Shown here piece by piece: positions 46,684-55,193 of a stretch of 64,000 nt of DNA. The stretch comes from a virus. How positions within the stretch are numbered: the first letter of the stretch is position 1; each line of letters starts with the position of its first letter. Below the pieces are notes generated by a model. The model was not told the origin of the DNA. It searched no databases and saw nothing but the letters and a program-made list of their open reading frames with translations. The stretch spans positions 1 to 64,000 of the IMG/VR virus record IMGVR_UViG_3300028800_001035; one strand, 5' to 3'. Position numbers and translations under genes: made by a program.

Positions 46684-46961
46684 CCGAACAACGCGCGAAG
46701 CGTCGGAGCTTCCTTGATCGCGCGCGTTAGGCCTACGATTCCTTCAATCAATCCCGGCGGAAGTCCGACAACGCGGACTTCGCCGATCGTCCTCGACTCC
46801 GCCGTCGCGCCGACGAAGAGCGTCCCGCGACCGCGAAGGCAGGCGATCGCCGCGCGAAGCGTCTCCGCGCCGCGCCCTTCGAGGAACGAAGTCTTCTCGG
46901 GTACGCCGAGGACGCGGAGCGCGATCTCCGCCTCGCGGCTCCGGGAATAGCCGACGATCAC
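46674..46961 (-). CDS. Hypothetical protein (resolvase N-terminus-like)
   Basis: MIVGYSR start resembles a serine recombinase N-terminus, but the ORF is only 95 aa. Confidence 0.4.
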   Translation of the reverse strand: MIVGYSRSREAEIALRVLGVPEKTSFLEGRGAETLRAAIACLRGRGTLFVGATAESRTIGEVRVVGLPPGLIEGIVGLTRAIKEAPTLRALFGCL

Positions 46962-47212
46962 CTTTGCCTCCTGATCTTGCCTTCAACCTTGCGCTCCCGC
47001 GCCGCCGCCTGCTTGTTGATCTCGGCGGTCGCCTCCCCGGCGATCCCGCCGAAGATAGCGCCCGCAACGAAGAGCGCAAACATCCGCTCCTTCTCGAGCT
47101 TTAGTATAAAATCCTTCGGACCAATCTCAGACGAGGTATATCCCGGCATCTCCGCCGCAAGGTAGTCCTCGAAGGCGTTCTCGAGCGATTCCTTGGAAAC
47201 AGAATATGTCAC
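46958..47212 (-). CDS. Hypothetical protein
   Basis: GTG start overlapping the polymerase stop. Confidence 0.55.
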   Translation of the reverse strand: MTYSVSKESLENAFEDYLAAEMPGYTSSEIGPKDFILKLEKERMFALFVAGAIFGGIAGEATAEINKQAAARERKVEGKIRRQR

Positions 47213-49176
47213 AGCGCCTCTCCCCACGTCCGCCCCGTCTTCGCCTCGACGAGGACCGGGACCTTGAGCTTGATCGCGTTCGGCATCACGTCCTCGTGAA
47301 GCTCGCGCCAAGCCTCGCGGCCCCGCGCCGTCCTCGGGATCGAGGAGTTGAGTTCGTCGTAGATCGTAAGTAGGTACGGCCCCAAGGCGTCCGATGCGGT
47401 CAATCCGCGATCGACGCCGTCGACCATCGCCTTCTTGATTATATCCGCGTTCGACGATTGCATCTTCTTGTTGAGCGCCGTGTAGGTGTGATAGCGGACG
47501 ATGTTCGGCCCGTATTCCTTCTCGGCCTCGGCCCGGCGGAGCGGCGTCGCGGGATTGTCCCAGTTCTTCTTCGCGGGCTCCCAGAGCAGGAACCGCTGGC
47601 GTCGCCGGAGGATCGAGCGGACGAAGCCGTGCTTCTCCGCGTACTTCTGCGCCGCGTCGAACGTATCCTTGTTGAACGGTAGCTTCGCGTCGTAGAGGTC
47701 GATGAAGGCCTGCGCCTCTTGCTTCGAGATGCCTAGCATCTCGCCGATCTTGTTCGCGCGGGCCCCATAGGTCTTGCCGAAGTTTAGGTTCTTGACATAT
47801 TTCCGCCGCTTCTTGTCCTCCGGCGGGATGCCAGCCATCTCGGCGCACATCTTGTGGTAGTCGGTCCTCGGGTCCTCGTTGTAGGTCCGCCGGACGGATT
47901 CCGCGCTCGGCCCGACCGCGAAGTGCGCGAGGAGCCGATACTCGATCTGCGAAAAGTCCGCCGAACCCCAATCCTCGCCGTCCTCCGGAAGGAAAAGCCC
48001 CCTGATCAGGGGGGCGACGTCGCGGAGATCTTCGTCGGCGCGGTCGTCGTCGCGGCTCGGGATGTTGGCGAGGTTCGGGTTCGCGCTCGCCGTCCGCGCG
48101 ATCGTACCGCCGCCGTCGTCCTTGAGTTGCTTCCACTCGCAATGTATCCGGCCCTTGACGTTCGAGCCGATGATCGTCCCGTCCATAAAGGTCGAGAGGA
48201 GGGTTTGAACCTTCCTCCCGTTGTAGATCGCGGAGCAGAGCGGGTCGCCGAGGCGGGCGGTTAGCCAACCCTTCGTAATCGAATCTTTCCCGGACTTCGG
48301 CGTCTTCGGGATTTGGTGCCCGTTCGCGCGAAGCGCGTCGGTGAAGCTCTCCGGGATTGAGAGCTCGGCCTTCGGGCTCGAGAGCCGCCGAACCTCGGCG
48401 AGGAGGCGGTCGCGGACGCGGACGAGGCCCTCGCGGGTCCGGATCGCGCCCGCGACGTCGACGCGAACGCCGCGCCGCGTCATATCGACCAAGGGGCGGA
48501 CGAGGCGGCGCTCGATCTCCCAGACCGGGAGGAGCTCCTCGGCGGCGAGCTTCTCGCGCTGGAGCTTGATGATCCGGAGCGGGCGGTCGACGTCGGCGAG
48601 CGCATAGGGCCCGGCGTGCGAGGAGTGGAGCTTCCAGACGTTCGACTTGATCTGCGAATCCGTCTTCCAGCCGCGCGCGTTGGCGGCCTTGCGGAGAAGC
48701 TCCTCGTCCTTGCCTTGCCCGAGGTAGTCGCGGGCGAGCGCGTCGAGGTTGAACTCGTAGCGCCATTCGTCGAGCAACGGCTCCGCGATTTGAACGTCGT
48801 CGAACGCCTCGACGAGCGGGAACGTCACGCCGTTCTCCGCGAGCCAGTCGAGGTCGTAGGCGAGCTTCGCGCCGACGACGGTCCCCCGGAAGGCGTTAAG
48901 CTCCTCGCGGGCCCAAGCCCAGACGATCCGCTCGTCGAGGTTGCCGCCGCCTTCGTGGCGAACGGGAAAGTACCAGCGGCGACCGTCTTCGGTCCCGACC
49001 GCGAGGCCGACGACGTAGTTGCCGGGGCGTCGGACGCCGGGGCCGAGCTCGGCGATTTGCGTATCCTTGGTCTCGACGTCGACGGCGAGATCGCCGAAGC
49101 GCGGCAAGCTCGGAAGCTCAGCGGGCGGATGCCAGGCCGGGACGTCCTCGAGCTCGACGGCGGAGAGGAGGTTCAA
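47209..49176 (-). CDS. Family A DNA polymerase (3'-5' exonuclease plus polymerase)
   Basis: VDVET exo I, YALAD exo III, NPNLANIP, ADFSQIEYR (A), RKYVKNLNFGKTYG (B), TIYDEL (C). Confidence 0.93.
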   Translation of the reverse strand: MNLLSAVELEDVPAWHPPAELPSLPRFGDLAVDVETKDTQIAELGPGVRRPGNYVVGLAVGTEDGRRWYFPVRHEGGGNLDERIVWAWAREELNAFRGTVVGAKLAYDLDWLAENGVTFPLVEAFDDVQIAEPLLDEWRYEFNLDALARDYLGQGKDEELLRKAANARGWKTDSQIKSNVWKLHSSHAGPYALADVDRPLRIIKLQREKLAAEELLPVWEIERRLVRPLVDMTRRGVRVDVAGAIRTREGLVRVRDRLLAEVRRLSSPKAELSIPESFTDALRANGHQIPKTPKSGKDSITKGWLTARLGDPLCSAIYNGRKVQTLLSTFMDGTIIGSNVKGRIHCEWKQLKDDGGGTIARTASANPNLANIPSRDDDRADEDLRDVAPLIRGLFLPEDGEDWGSADFSQIEYRLLAHFAVGPSAESVRRTYNEDPRTDYHKMCAEMAGIPPEDKKRRKYVKNLNFGKTYGARANKIGEMLGISKQEAQAFIDLYDAKLPFNKDTFDAAQKYAEKHGFVRSILRRRQRFLLWEPAKKNWDNPATPLRRAEAEKEYGPNIVRYHTYTALNKKMQSSNADIIKKAMVDGVDRGLTASDALGPYLLTIYDELNSSIPRTARGREAWRELHEDVMPNAIKLKVPVLVEAKTGRTWGEAL

Positions 49177-49922
49177 GCCGCGCCCTTCTCAATCAGCCAT
49201 CCGGCGAAGTCGCCATAGCGGAACCACTCGACCGGATTGCCGGGTAGGTCTTCCGGGTCAAGCGGGCGCTGGACGCCCGCGAGCGAGAGCTCTTTGTCGA
49301 TGATTTCCTTCGGCGAGACGCCCGTCGACAGCTTGCCCGCAAGGGTTAGGCGATTGAGGACCTGGCTCGCGTAGCCCGAAGCGAGCGCGGTCCGGTCGAC
49401 GACGACGAGGGCACCGCCGGGAGCGAGGTTGCACCAAAGATCGTGAAGCAACTTCCGCCGCTTCTTGGGCGGAACGAACATCACGAAGAGGAAGGCGACG
49501 ATCAGGTCGTTCTTGTCCTTGTCGGCCCACGGGACGTTTGTCGCGTCCTCGTTCCAGACGTTGACGTATGGATGAAACGACACGAAGTCCCTCGAGCCTC
49601 GCCGCTTGATTGCTTCGATCATCGCCTCCGACTTCTCGACGCCGTATATTCGGGCGGACCGCGCCTTGAGGACCGACTGCAGGGCGTAGGCGACGTTGCC
49701 GGTCGACGCGCCGAGGTCGATGACGCCTCCGCCTTCCGAGACGTAGTGCCGCGCGATATGGACGAGCCCCTTCGTAACGAAGTCGTACCACGGGAGCTGG
49801 CTCCGGACGTGCGCGTCGAAGTTCTCCGCGACGTCGGCGGTCTCGAACGACCACGCGCCCTCGGCGGGTCGCTCGGAGAGGCCGTCGCCGGAGAGCTTCT
49901 TGATCTTGGCCTTCTTGGTCAT
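49173..49922 (-). CDS. CmoA-like carboxy-SAM synthase / SAM-fold protein
   Basis: WSF..DVAENFDAHVRSQLPWY, IDLGASTG, MFV...R..LL...LAPGGALVVVD, WFRYGDFAG mirror CmoA. Confidence 0.75.
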   Translation of the reverse strand: MTKKAKIKKLSGDGLSERPAEGAWSFETADVAENFDAHVRSQLPWYDFVTKGLVHIARHYVSEGGGVIDLGASTGNVAYALQSVLKARSARIYGVEKSEAMIEAIKRRGSRDFVSFHPYVNVWNEDATNVPWADKDKNDLIVAFLFVMFVPPKKRRKLLHDLWCNLAPGGALVVVDRTALASGYASQVLNRLTLAGKLSTGVSPKEIIDKELSLAGVQRPLDPEDLPGNPVEWFRYGDFAGWLIEKGAA

Positions 49923-51016
49923 CTCTTCCTCGCCTCTCTCAAATCGCGGTACGGGATCAGGACCTTGTCGCGAACCGCCGAAGCGACGGCGGCCATCATA
50001 ACCGGCGGGACGGCGCGGCCCATCCGCTCCCATTTCTGCTGATAGGTCCCCGTCAACTTAAAGTCATCGGGGAAGGAGCAAAGCCGCCGGACCTCGGCGA
50101 TCGAGAACTTCCGCTTCTCGGTCGGATGGCATACCCCGGCGATAGATTCTCCGCCGTGGCTCGCGAGGATCGTCGGCGCGGGCTTCGACCGGCTCGCGCG
50201 GATCAAGGAGAAGAAGCGGTCGGACTGCTGCCCCTCCGCGCACTTGTCCCACTCCGCGCCGATCGCGTAGCGCGAGATGTCGATCCCGTCCATAACCCCG
50301 GGATGCTCCTCGGTCGCGCCGTCGGTCATCCACGGGCAGGCGTCGCCGACGTTGTAGCGATAGTCGAGCGGCTCCGGGTAGGCCGGATCGAGCCCGAGGT
50401 CCTCGCGGACGCCGACGAAGATAATCCGCATACGTTGCTGCGGGACGCCGAGCCATTGCGCGTCCAAGACGCGCGCCCCGACGCGGTAGCCGAGCGAGCG
50501 TAGGAGCTCGAGGACGTCGTTGAAGTACCCGACCGCAACCCCCCTGACCAATCCCGCGACGTTCTCGGCGACGAAGGTCTTCGGCTTGATCCCATCGACG
50601 AGCCGGGCGAACTCGAAGAAGAGGTCGTCGGTCCGCTGCTTGGAGTCGGAATATTTCCGGACGACGCCCCAACCCTCCGACCGCTTCCCGGCGGTCGAGA
50701 AGGAGGCGCAGGGGGGACTGCCGTCGAAGAGGTCGAGGCCGCCGGGCTTGACGCCGCACGCGGTCAAGACGTCGGCGGCTTGGACGGTTCGTATGTCCCG
50801 CCCGTCGACGACGGTATAGGGGCGCGCGTTCGCCTCGTAGGTCGCCCGCGCCTCCGGGATGAACTCGTTCGCGTAGCCGAGCTTGAAGCCCGCCATCCGG
50901 TAGCCGAGGCTCGAGCCCCCGCAACCGGAAAACGTACTCGCGGCGACGAAGCCGTTCGGCTCGAGCGCGTCGATCTCCGCCATCAGCGGGACGCGGTAGG
51001 GAGGCTTCTCGGTCAT
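49919..51016 (-). CDS. DNA cytosine-C5 methyltransferase-family enzyme (probable carboxymethyltransferase)
   Basis: FSGCGG (I), GSPPC (IV), ENV (VI), QQR.R (VIII), motif X GRAVPP. Confidence 0.9.
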   Translation of the reverse strand: MTEKPPYRVPLMAEIDALEPNGFVAASTFSGCGGSSLGYRMAGFKLGYANEFIPEARATYEANARPYTVVDGRDIRTVQAADVLTACGVKPGGLDLFDGSPPCASFSTAGKRSEGWGVVRKYSDSKQRTDDLFFEFARLVDGIKPKTFVAENVAGLVRGVAVGYFNDVLELLRSLGYRVGARVLDAQWLGVPQQRMRIIFVGVREDLGLDPAYPEPLDYRYNVGDACPWMTDGATEEHPGVMDGIDISRYAIGAEWDKCAEGQQSDRFFSLIRASRSKPAPTILASHGGESIAGVCHPTEKRKFSIAEVRRLCSFPDDFKLTGTYQQKWERMGRAVPPVMMAAVASAVRDKVLIPYRDLREARKR

Positions 51017-51249
51017 TCTTCGGAGACCTTCGTGTCGTCGGCGTTGGGCTTGGGATTGCCGCGCCAGCCGTAGCCACATTTTGCACAGCAGAACTCGACC
51101 TCGATCCCGGCGGAGAAGTCCGGCCACGCCTCGGGCGGGACGGCGCTCTCGGGATCGTAGCCCGCGAGGTCGGAGACCTCCTTGACGTCGAACAAGGCGG
51201 AAGCGCCGATGCCGACGGGGCCGAGGGAGGAGGAGCGGAGTTTTGCCAT
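51013..51249 (-). CDS. Small Zn-ribbon protein
   Basis: CAKCGYGW motif; translationally coupled to the MTase. Confidence 0.6.
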   Translation of the reverse strand: MAKLRSSSLGPVGIGASALFDVKEVSDLAGYDPESAVPPEAWPDFSAGIEVEFCCAKCGYGWRGNPKPNADDTKVSEE

Positions 51250-52052
51250 CAGTCTAATACTCCGGCGGCGATCTTGTTATAGGCGGCGATCGGCGACTTC
51301 GCGCCGGGGGCGTACTTCCGGAGGACGGCGTTGCCGACCGTCTCCGCTATCTTGGAATCGCCGAGCTGAAGGTTCGTATGCCGCGCGATCGAGAGGGGAT
51401 CGAGCTCGGGGAACTCTTTCCGAATCGCCTCCTTCTGGCGCGGCTTGTTGAGATCGTCCCAGGTCGAGCGGGCGAAGAGGTCGAAGACATCATTGCTGAA
51501 ATACGGCGAAAAGATCGAGACGTTGTTCGCGATCCCGATCGCGCGGAGCGTAGAAACTTGCGCCGCGTCCGGGTTCGCGAAGTAGTCCGCCCGGAATTTC
51601 TGAAACTTCGCTCTCGGATAGCGGTGATGGATCATCGCCTTCTTCGAGAGCGCAAAATGCCCGTCCGCCGCCGAGCCGACGACGAGCGTCGAAAGCCCGG
51701 CGCGCTTCAAGGTCGCAATCGTCGCGAGGAAGGGCCAGAGGCACTCGATCGCGGTCTTCCGCCGGGCCTCCCAGGTCTCGATAAGATAGCGGACGTCGGC
51801 GACGATCGTCTCCTCGGAAGTCGGTAGCGCGACCGGAAGGAACGGAAGGCCGAAGGCCTCCGCCAAGTGCCTAGCGGCTTTGAAGTCGCTCGACTCGTAC
51901 CGTTCGAGGGAAAAGGAAACAACCGTAACGGTCTTCCCCGCGTCGATCGCGGCAAGGACGAGGGCCGAGGAGTCGATTCCGCCGGAAGTCGCGACGGCGA
52001 TCTTCGCGTCCGGGATAGCCTTGATTTTGTCGGCGAGGATTTGGCGGAGCAT
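51249..52052 (-). CDS. Asparagine synthetase-like ATP pyrophosphatase (no glutaminase domain)
   Basis: PP-loop ATSGGIDSS, GSAADG, SPY..., QKEAIR; ATG at 52052. Confidence 0.8.
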   Translation of the reverse strand: MLRQILADKIKAIPDAKIAVATSGGIDSSALVLAAIDAGKTVTVVSFSLERYESSDFKAARHLAEAFGLPFLPVALPTSEETIVADVRYLIETWEARRKTAIECLWPFLATIATLKRAGLSTLVVGSAADGHFALSKKAMIHHRYPRAKFQKFRADYFANPDAAQVSTLRAIGIANNVSIFSPYFSNDVFDLFARSTWDDLNKPRQKEAIRKEFPELDPLSIARHTNLQLGDSKIAETVGNAVLRKYAPGAKSPIAAYNKIAAGVLD

Positions 52053-53035
52053 CAACTCCTCCCCGTCACGAGACCGCGAACGACCGGGCCGACGAAGGCG
52101 CTCGGCGCGGGATAGGCGGAGAGGTCCCAGGCGGTCGCGTTGGCTACGACGAGGTCGGCGAGGGCGACGTGCCACTTGCTCGCGTCGCGCCCTTCGGGGA
52201 CCGCGCTCTCGACCTCCTCCTCGACGGTAGCCGCGCCGTTGACGCCGACGATCTTGTCGGCACGTATCGCAATCTCGCCGTCGGCGAACCCGGCGACGCG
52301 TATAAATGCCCCTCTCCACTCCTCCGTAATTTCCGGAGGAGTTGGCGAGGTAGCAACCTTCTCGGCGAGGCGGTCGATCGTCCCGGGGACCTTGCCGTCG
52401 ACCAAGGACGACGCGAGCCAGGCTCCGTCCTCCCAGAAGAAGCTCGCGCGGTTCGCGGAGAGGGAGATTCGATTCGGCGGCGTCGCCGCGCCGAGGACGG
52501 CCATCAAGGCGCGCTTGGGGATCAGGGCGTCCGCGCCGAAGTCGGGGATCGATGCGTAGGCGTAGATCGCGGCCTGCGGCCCGCAGGCGCTCGCGCGCCC
52601 GTGCTGAATTATCAAGGCGTTCATCCACGCCGGTTGGGGGTCCTCGGAGACGAAGCCCGAGAGGACCTCGAAGCGCGAGAGCGTCGCCGCGTCGAGCGGG
52701 TGCGCGTCGGCGTCGCTCGGCGTCGCCGGGACGAAGGTCTCGACGAACTTCGCGAGACGGACTTCGCCCTTGAAGCGCCCGGCGCGGATTCGGAGGACAT
52801 CGCCTTCGACGTCGAACTCGGGATCGGAGGGCATCCTCGAGAGGACGGCCTCGAACTCGGACCCGGCGACGATCGCGTCGCCGAGCCACGGGAAGGGGGC
52901 GGAGGCGGTCATCGCGCGCGAGTTCGCGGCGATCCGCCCCCCTGACAAAACGAGCCAGGAGAACGGGCCCGAGTCCTCGCGGTCGAGGGCCGCCTTGACG
53001 CGCGCGATCGCCGCGAGGGCTCGGGAGAGTTCCAT
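52052..53035 (-). CDS. Sliding clamp (beta-clamp)-like protein
   Basis: 327 aa, repeated clamp-like architecture (LRIRAGRF, LIPKRAL, SSLVDGKVP). Confidence 0.6.
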   Translation of the reverse strand: MELSRALAAIARVKAALDREDSGPFSWLVLSGGRIAANSRAMTASAPFPWLGDAIVAGSEFEAVLSRMPSDPEFDVEGDVLRIRAGRFKGEVRLAKFVETFVPATPSDADAHPLDAATLSRFEVLSGFVSEDPQPAWMNALIIQHGRASACGPQAAIYAYASIPDFGADALIPKRALMAVLGAATPPNRISLSANRASFFWEDGAWLASSLVDGKVPGTIDRLAEKVATSPTPPEITEEWRGAFIRVAGFADGEIAIRADKIVGVNGAATVEEEVESAVPEGRDASKWHVALADLVVANATAWDLSAYPAPSAFVGPVVRGLVTGRS

Positions 53036-53038
53036 CGG

Positions 53039-53701
53039 CTATTCCTCAATCCCGAAGATAGACTCGAGCGTCTTGCCCTTTGGGAGCGTGATCGAGACGA
53101 CTTCCTTATCGTCGATCTCGAAGGTCCCGCCGACGAGCGCCGCGACCTTCTTGACGCGGAACTTCGCCCGCGACTTCTGATTGCGCCCGTTGTCGGCGAG
53201 GCGCATCAGCGGAACGAGCTGACCGAGAGTCTTGCTGCCCTCGACCCCGTACTTCAAGACGCGCCCGAGCGAGGAGTTCTCGCGTACGGCGAGAGCCGTC
53301 CCGTTCTTCTTCTTGGCGACCTTCGCCGCCTTCTTGCCCTTCTTTGCCATTTCATTCTCACCATTTTGAGTTTCTGCCGCTGATGCTACCTTCGAGTTCG
53401 CGGCTTCGCTCTCGACGGGTTGATTCCGGAATTGAGATTCGAGGAGGCCGAAGACGCGTTCCGCGCCGATCGACCGGGTCTCGAACTTGTTGACGGGCTT
53501 CGCGCCGTCCGGCGCGAGCGCGTTGTGCATCGCGACGAGGCTCGGCCCCGACTTCGACGCGAGGTCGCCGACCTCGGAGACGACGGAGGTCGAACAATTC
53601 GCGAAGCGCGTCTCGATAGCGCGGTTCGCCGCCGCGACGTCGGCGAACGTAAAGACTTCCACGTCCTTTCGCGACAGCCCTAGTATTAGATAAGTCACCA
53701 T
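53039..53701 (-). CDS. Hypothetical protein (basic C-terminal domain)
   Basis: First gene after promoter copy 3; PVNKFETR..G..R motif. Confidence 0.6.
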   Translation of the reverse strand: MVTYLILGLSRKDVEVFTFADVAAANRAIETRFANCSTSVVSEVGDLASKSGPSLVAMHNALAPDGAKPVNKFETRSIGAERVFGLLESQFRNQPVESEAANSKVASAAETQNGENEMAKKGKKAAKVAKKKNGTALAVRENSSLGRVLKYGVEGSKTLGQLVPLMRLADNGRNQKSRAKFRVKKVAALVGGTFEIDDKEVVSITLPKGKTLESIFGIEE

Positions 53702-53749
53702 CTCTTTGCCCTTTCGTTCCCGTCCGCCGAATCGCGGCGCGGGTCGTCT

Positions 53750-53779
53750 ATCCTATGCGCGTCGCGGGGAAAAGTAAAG
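53750..53779 (-). promoter_or_regulatory. Early promoter (copy 3)
   Basis: TTTACT-17-TAGGAT with the same 15-mer. Confidence 0.75.
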
Positions 53780-53784
53780 CCCCG

Positions 53785-53985
53785 TCACGCTTTCGGGTCG
53801 AGCGGGTCGGTTAACTCAATCGTTACGGTCCGGACGCCCCGGGTCGCGGTCACATTGGCGAGCCGCGTCGCGAAGTCCGAGAGCTCAACGTGATCGACCA
53901 TATCCTCTGGACGATACCCCCGGGCCTTGTACCGCGCGAACTCGTGAAGGATCGGGCGGGTCGTCTTCAAGGTGATCGTTTCCAT
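53785..53985 (-). CDS. Hypothetical protein
   Basis: AGGAG RBS. Confidence 0.55.
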   Translation of the reverse strand: METITLKTTRPILHEFARYKARGYRPEDMVDHVELSDFATRLANVTATRGVRTVTIELTDPLDPKA

Positions 53986-53994
53986 AGTCTTCTC

Positions 53995-54402
53995 CTATAC
54001 GGACTGATCCGAACCCCGGAGGGTCCGGAGTTCGTCGCGGGTCAATTCGTTCTCGAGCTTGCCCAAGGCTTCGGACCAAGGCGATTCCGGATCGCGCGAC
54101 GTGTTCTCACGGGCTGCGCCCTCGTAGAGCCGGGCGTAGTACCACCGCGCGCTCTCGAGGGAGTGCTCCGGCATCTTCGAGCGCCGGAGATAGCGAAGAA
54201 TGTTCGAGGCGGCGGCGACCGGGCCCCAACCGAGGCGGAGCATCGCGTCCCACGGTTGCTCGCCTTCGACCCCGTAGTGCGCCTTCCTCGGCTCCCGATC
54301 CCCCTGGTTCTCCCGGACCGGCGCGAGGGCAGGGGGTTGGGCCCGTCGCTCGCTCGCGAGCTTCTCGATTCCCTCGACGGTTTCGCGATCGACGTCGGTC
54401 AC
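53995..54402 (-). CDS. DUF3310-like protein
   Basis: AHY...EQPWD...NILRYL.R.....LESARWY. Confidence 0.6.
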   Translation of the reverse strand: MTDVDRETVEGIEKLASERRAQPPALAPVRENQGDREPRKAHYGVEGEQPWDAMLRLGWGPVAAASNILRYLRRSKMPEHSLESARWYYARLYEGAARENTSRDPESPWSEALGKLENELTRDELRTLRGSDQSV

Positions 54403-54572
54403 GCCGCGACTCCTTCGAGCTTGTCGACCGCATCGCGTACGACTTCGGCGATCGAGATCAGGCGGCCCTCCCGGCGCGTTCGGCGCGCGGCTTCGAGCCG
54501 GAGCCGCTCGAGCTGGTCGGGGCGGAAGAGGACGTTGTAGTAGGTTGCGTTCTCGGCGAGCTTGGGCCTCAC
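54399..54572 (-). CDS. Ribbon-helix-helix (CopG-like) regulator
   Basis: YNVLFRPDQLERLRLEA...ISIAEVVRDAVD; not in the ORF track. Confidence 0.65.
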   Translation of the reverse strand: MRPKLAENATYYNVLFRPDQLERLRLEAARRTRREGRLISIAEVVRDAVDKLEGVAA

Positions 54573-54814
54573 TTGAACCTCCGGGGAAATTTCTCGAGCT
54601 TGAGCGGGCGCGTCCCTCGCGGGACGTAGCAGCGCTCGATTGAGACAACCCGTCCCATCGTTCCGACGAGCCCGGCGACCTCGAGCTCAATCATCGCCTT
54701 CGGAACGCGCGGCGCGTGCGCCTTGTAGAAATTGTCCGGGTCGAGGACCCTCTCGAAGAGCTTCCGCGCCGCCGGGGAGAGGCGGGCGATCTTGCGGTTG
54801 AGCGAAACGGTCAT
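54569..54814 (-). CDS. Hypothetical protein
   Basis: ATGA overlap (MTVSLNRK). Confidence 0.5.
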   Translation of the reverse strand: MTVSLNRKIARLSPAARKLFERVLDPDNFYKAHAPRVPKAMIELEVAGLVGTMGRVVSIERCYVPRGTRPLKLEKFPRRFK

Positions 54815-54975
54815 GCGCGCCACGCGAAGAAGACCAGCGCGGCGACGACGGCGACGAGGACGGCGTCGAAGAGGAACGACGCCCGGCGCTCGTCCGGCGA
54901 CATCTCGTCCCAGACGTCGGAGAAGGCGGGGTTGAAAGGACGCGGAACTTGCGGGACCCATGAAGGAATTTTCAT
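54811..54975 (-). CDS. Small membrane protein
   Basis: GGAGACGA RBS; MKIPSWVPQVPRPF... with C-terminal TM. Confidence 0.55.
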   Translation of the reverse strand: MKIPSWVPQVPRPFNPAFSDVWDEMSPDERRASFLFDAVLVAVVAALVFFAWRA

Positions 54976-54997
54976 TATCGTCTCCAGTTATAAAAAT

Positions 54998-55156
54998 GTC
55001 GCGGCGGGGAGTGGTCTCTTAGCCCTCTTGCGAAAGTCGATACGGTCTCGTTTGCGTAGGTTCGACCCCGCGTTGCGGGATGAACGGCTTTGCGACCGAC
55101 GAACTTTCCTCCTCCGACTGCTTTCGCCGACCGATACGCAACGCGGTCGCCGCGAC
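54998..55156 (-). ncRNA. Candidate structured non-coding RNA
   Basis: Perfect 9-bp closing stem, perfect 10-bp inner stem, GNRA-capped hairpins, promoter-like element directly upstream, AUUUUU downstream. Confidence 0.6.
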
Positions 55157-55162
55157 GATTCG

Positions 55163-55191
55163 AGTAAAGGGCATCGCGAAGGAGAAGTAAA
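55163..55191 (-). promoter_or_regulatory. Promoter-like element for the structured RNA
   Basis: TTTACT-17-TTTACT; same -35 hexamer as the three early promoters. Confidence 0.5.
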
Positions 55192-55193
55192 CA

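Noticed and set aside
46674-46961. Integrase/resolvase implying a temperate lifestyle
   Set aside because: Only a short N-terminal resemblance in a 95-aa ORF. No integrase or att site is visible, though the genome extends beyond the window.
54998-55156. Identification of the structured RNA as RNase P RNA, tmRNA or a c-di-GMP riboswitch
   Set aside because: It has GAGGAAAGU, GCAAACGA and GCAAAGCC fragments but is too short and lacks the RNase P 3' conserved regions, a tRNA-like end with a terminated tag frame, and the riboswitch architecture. Kept as unassigned.
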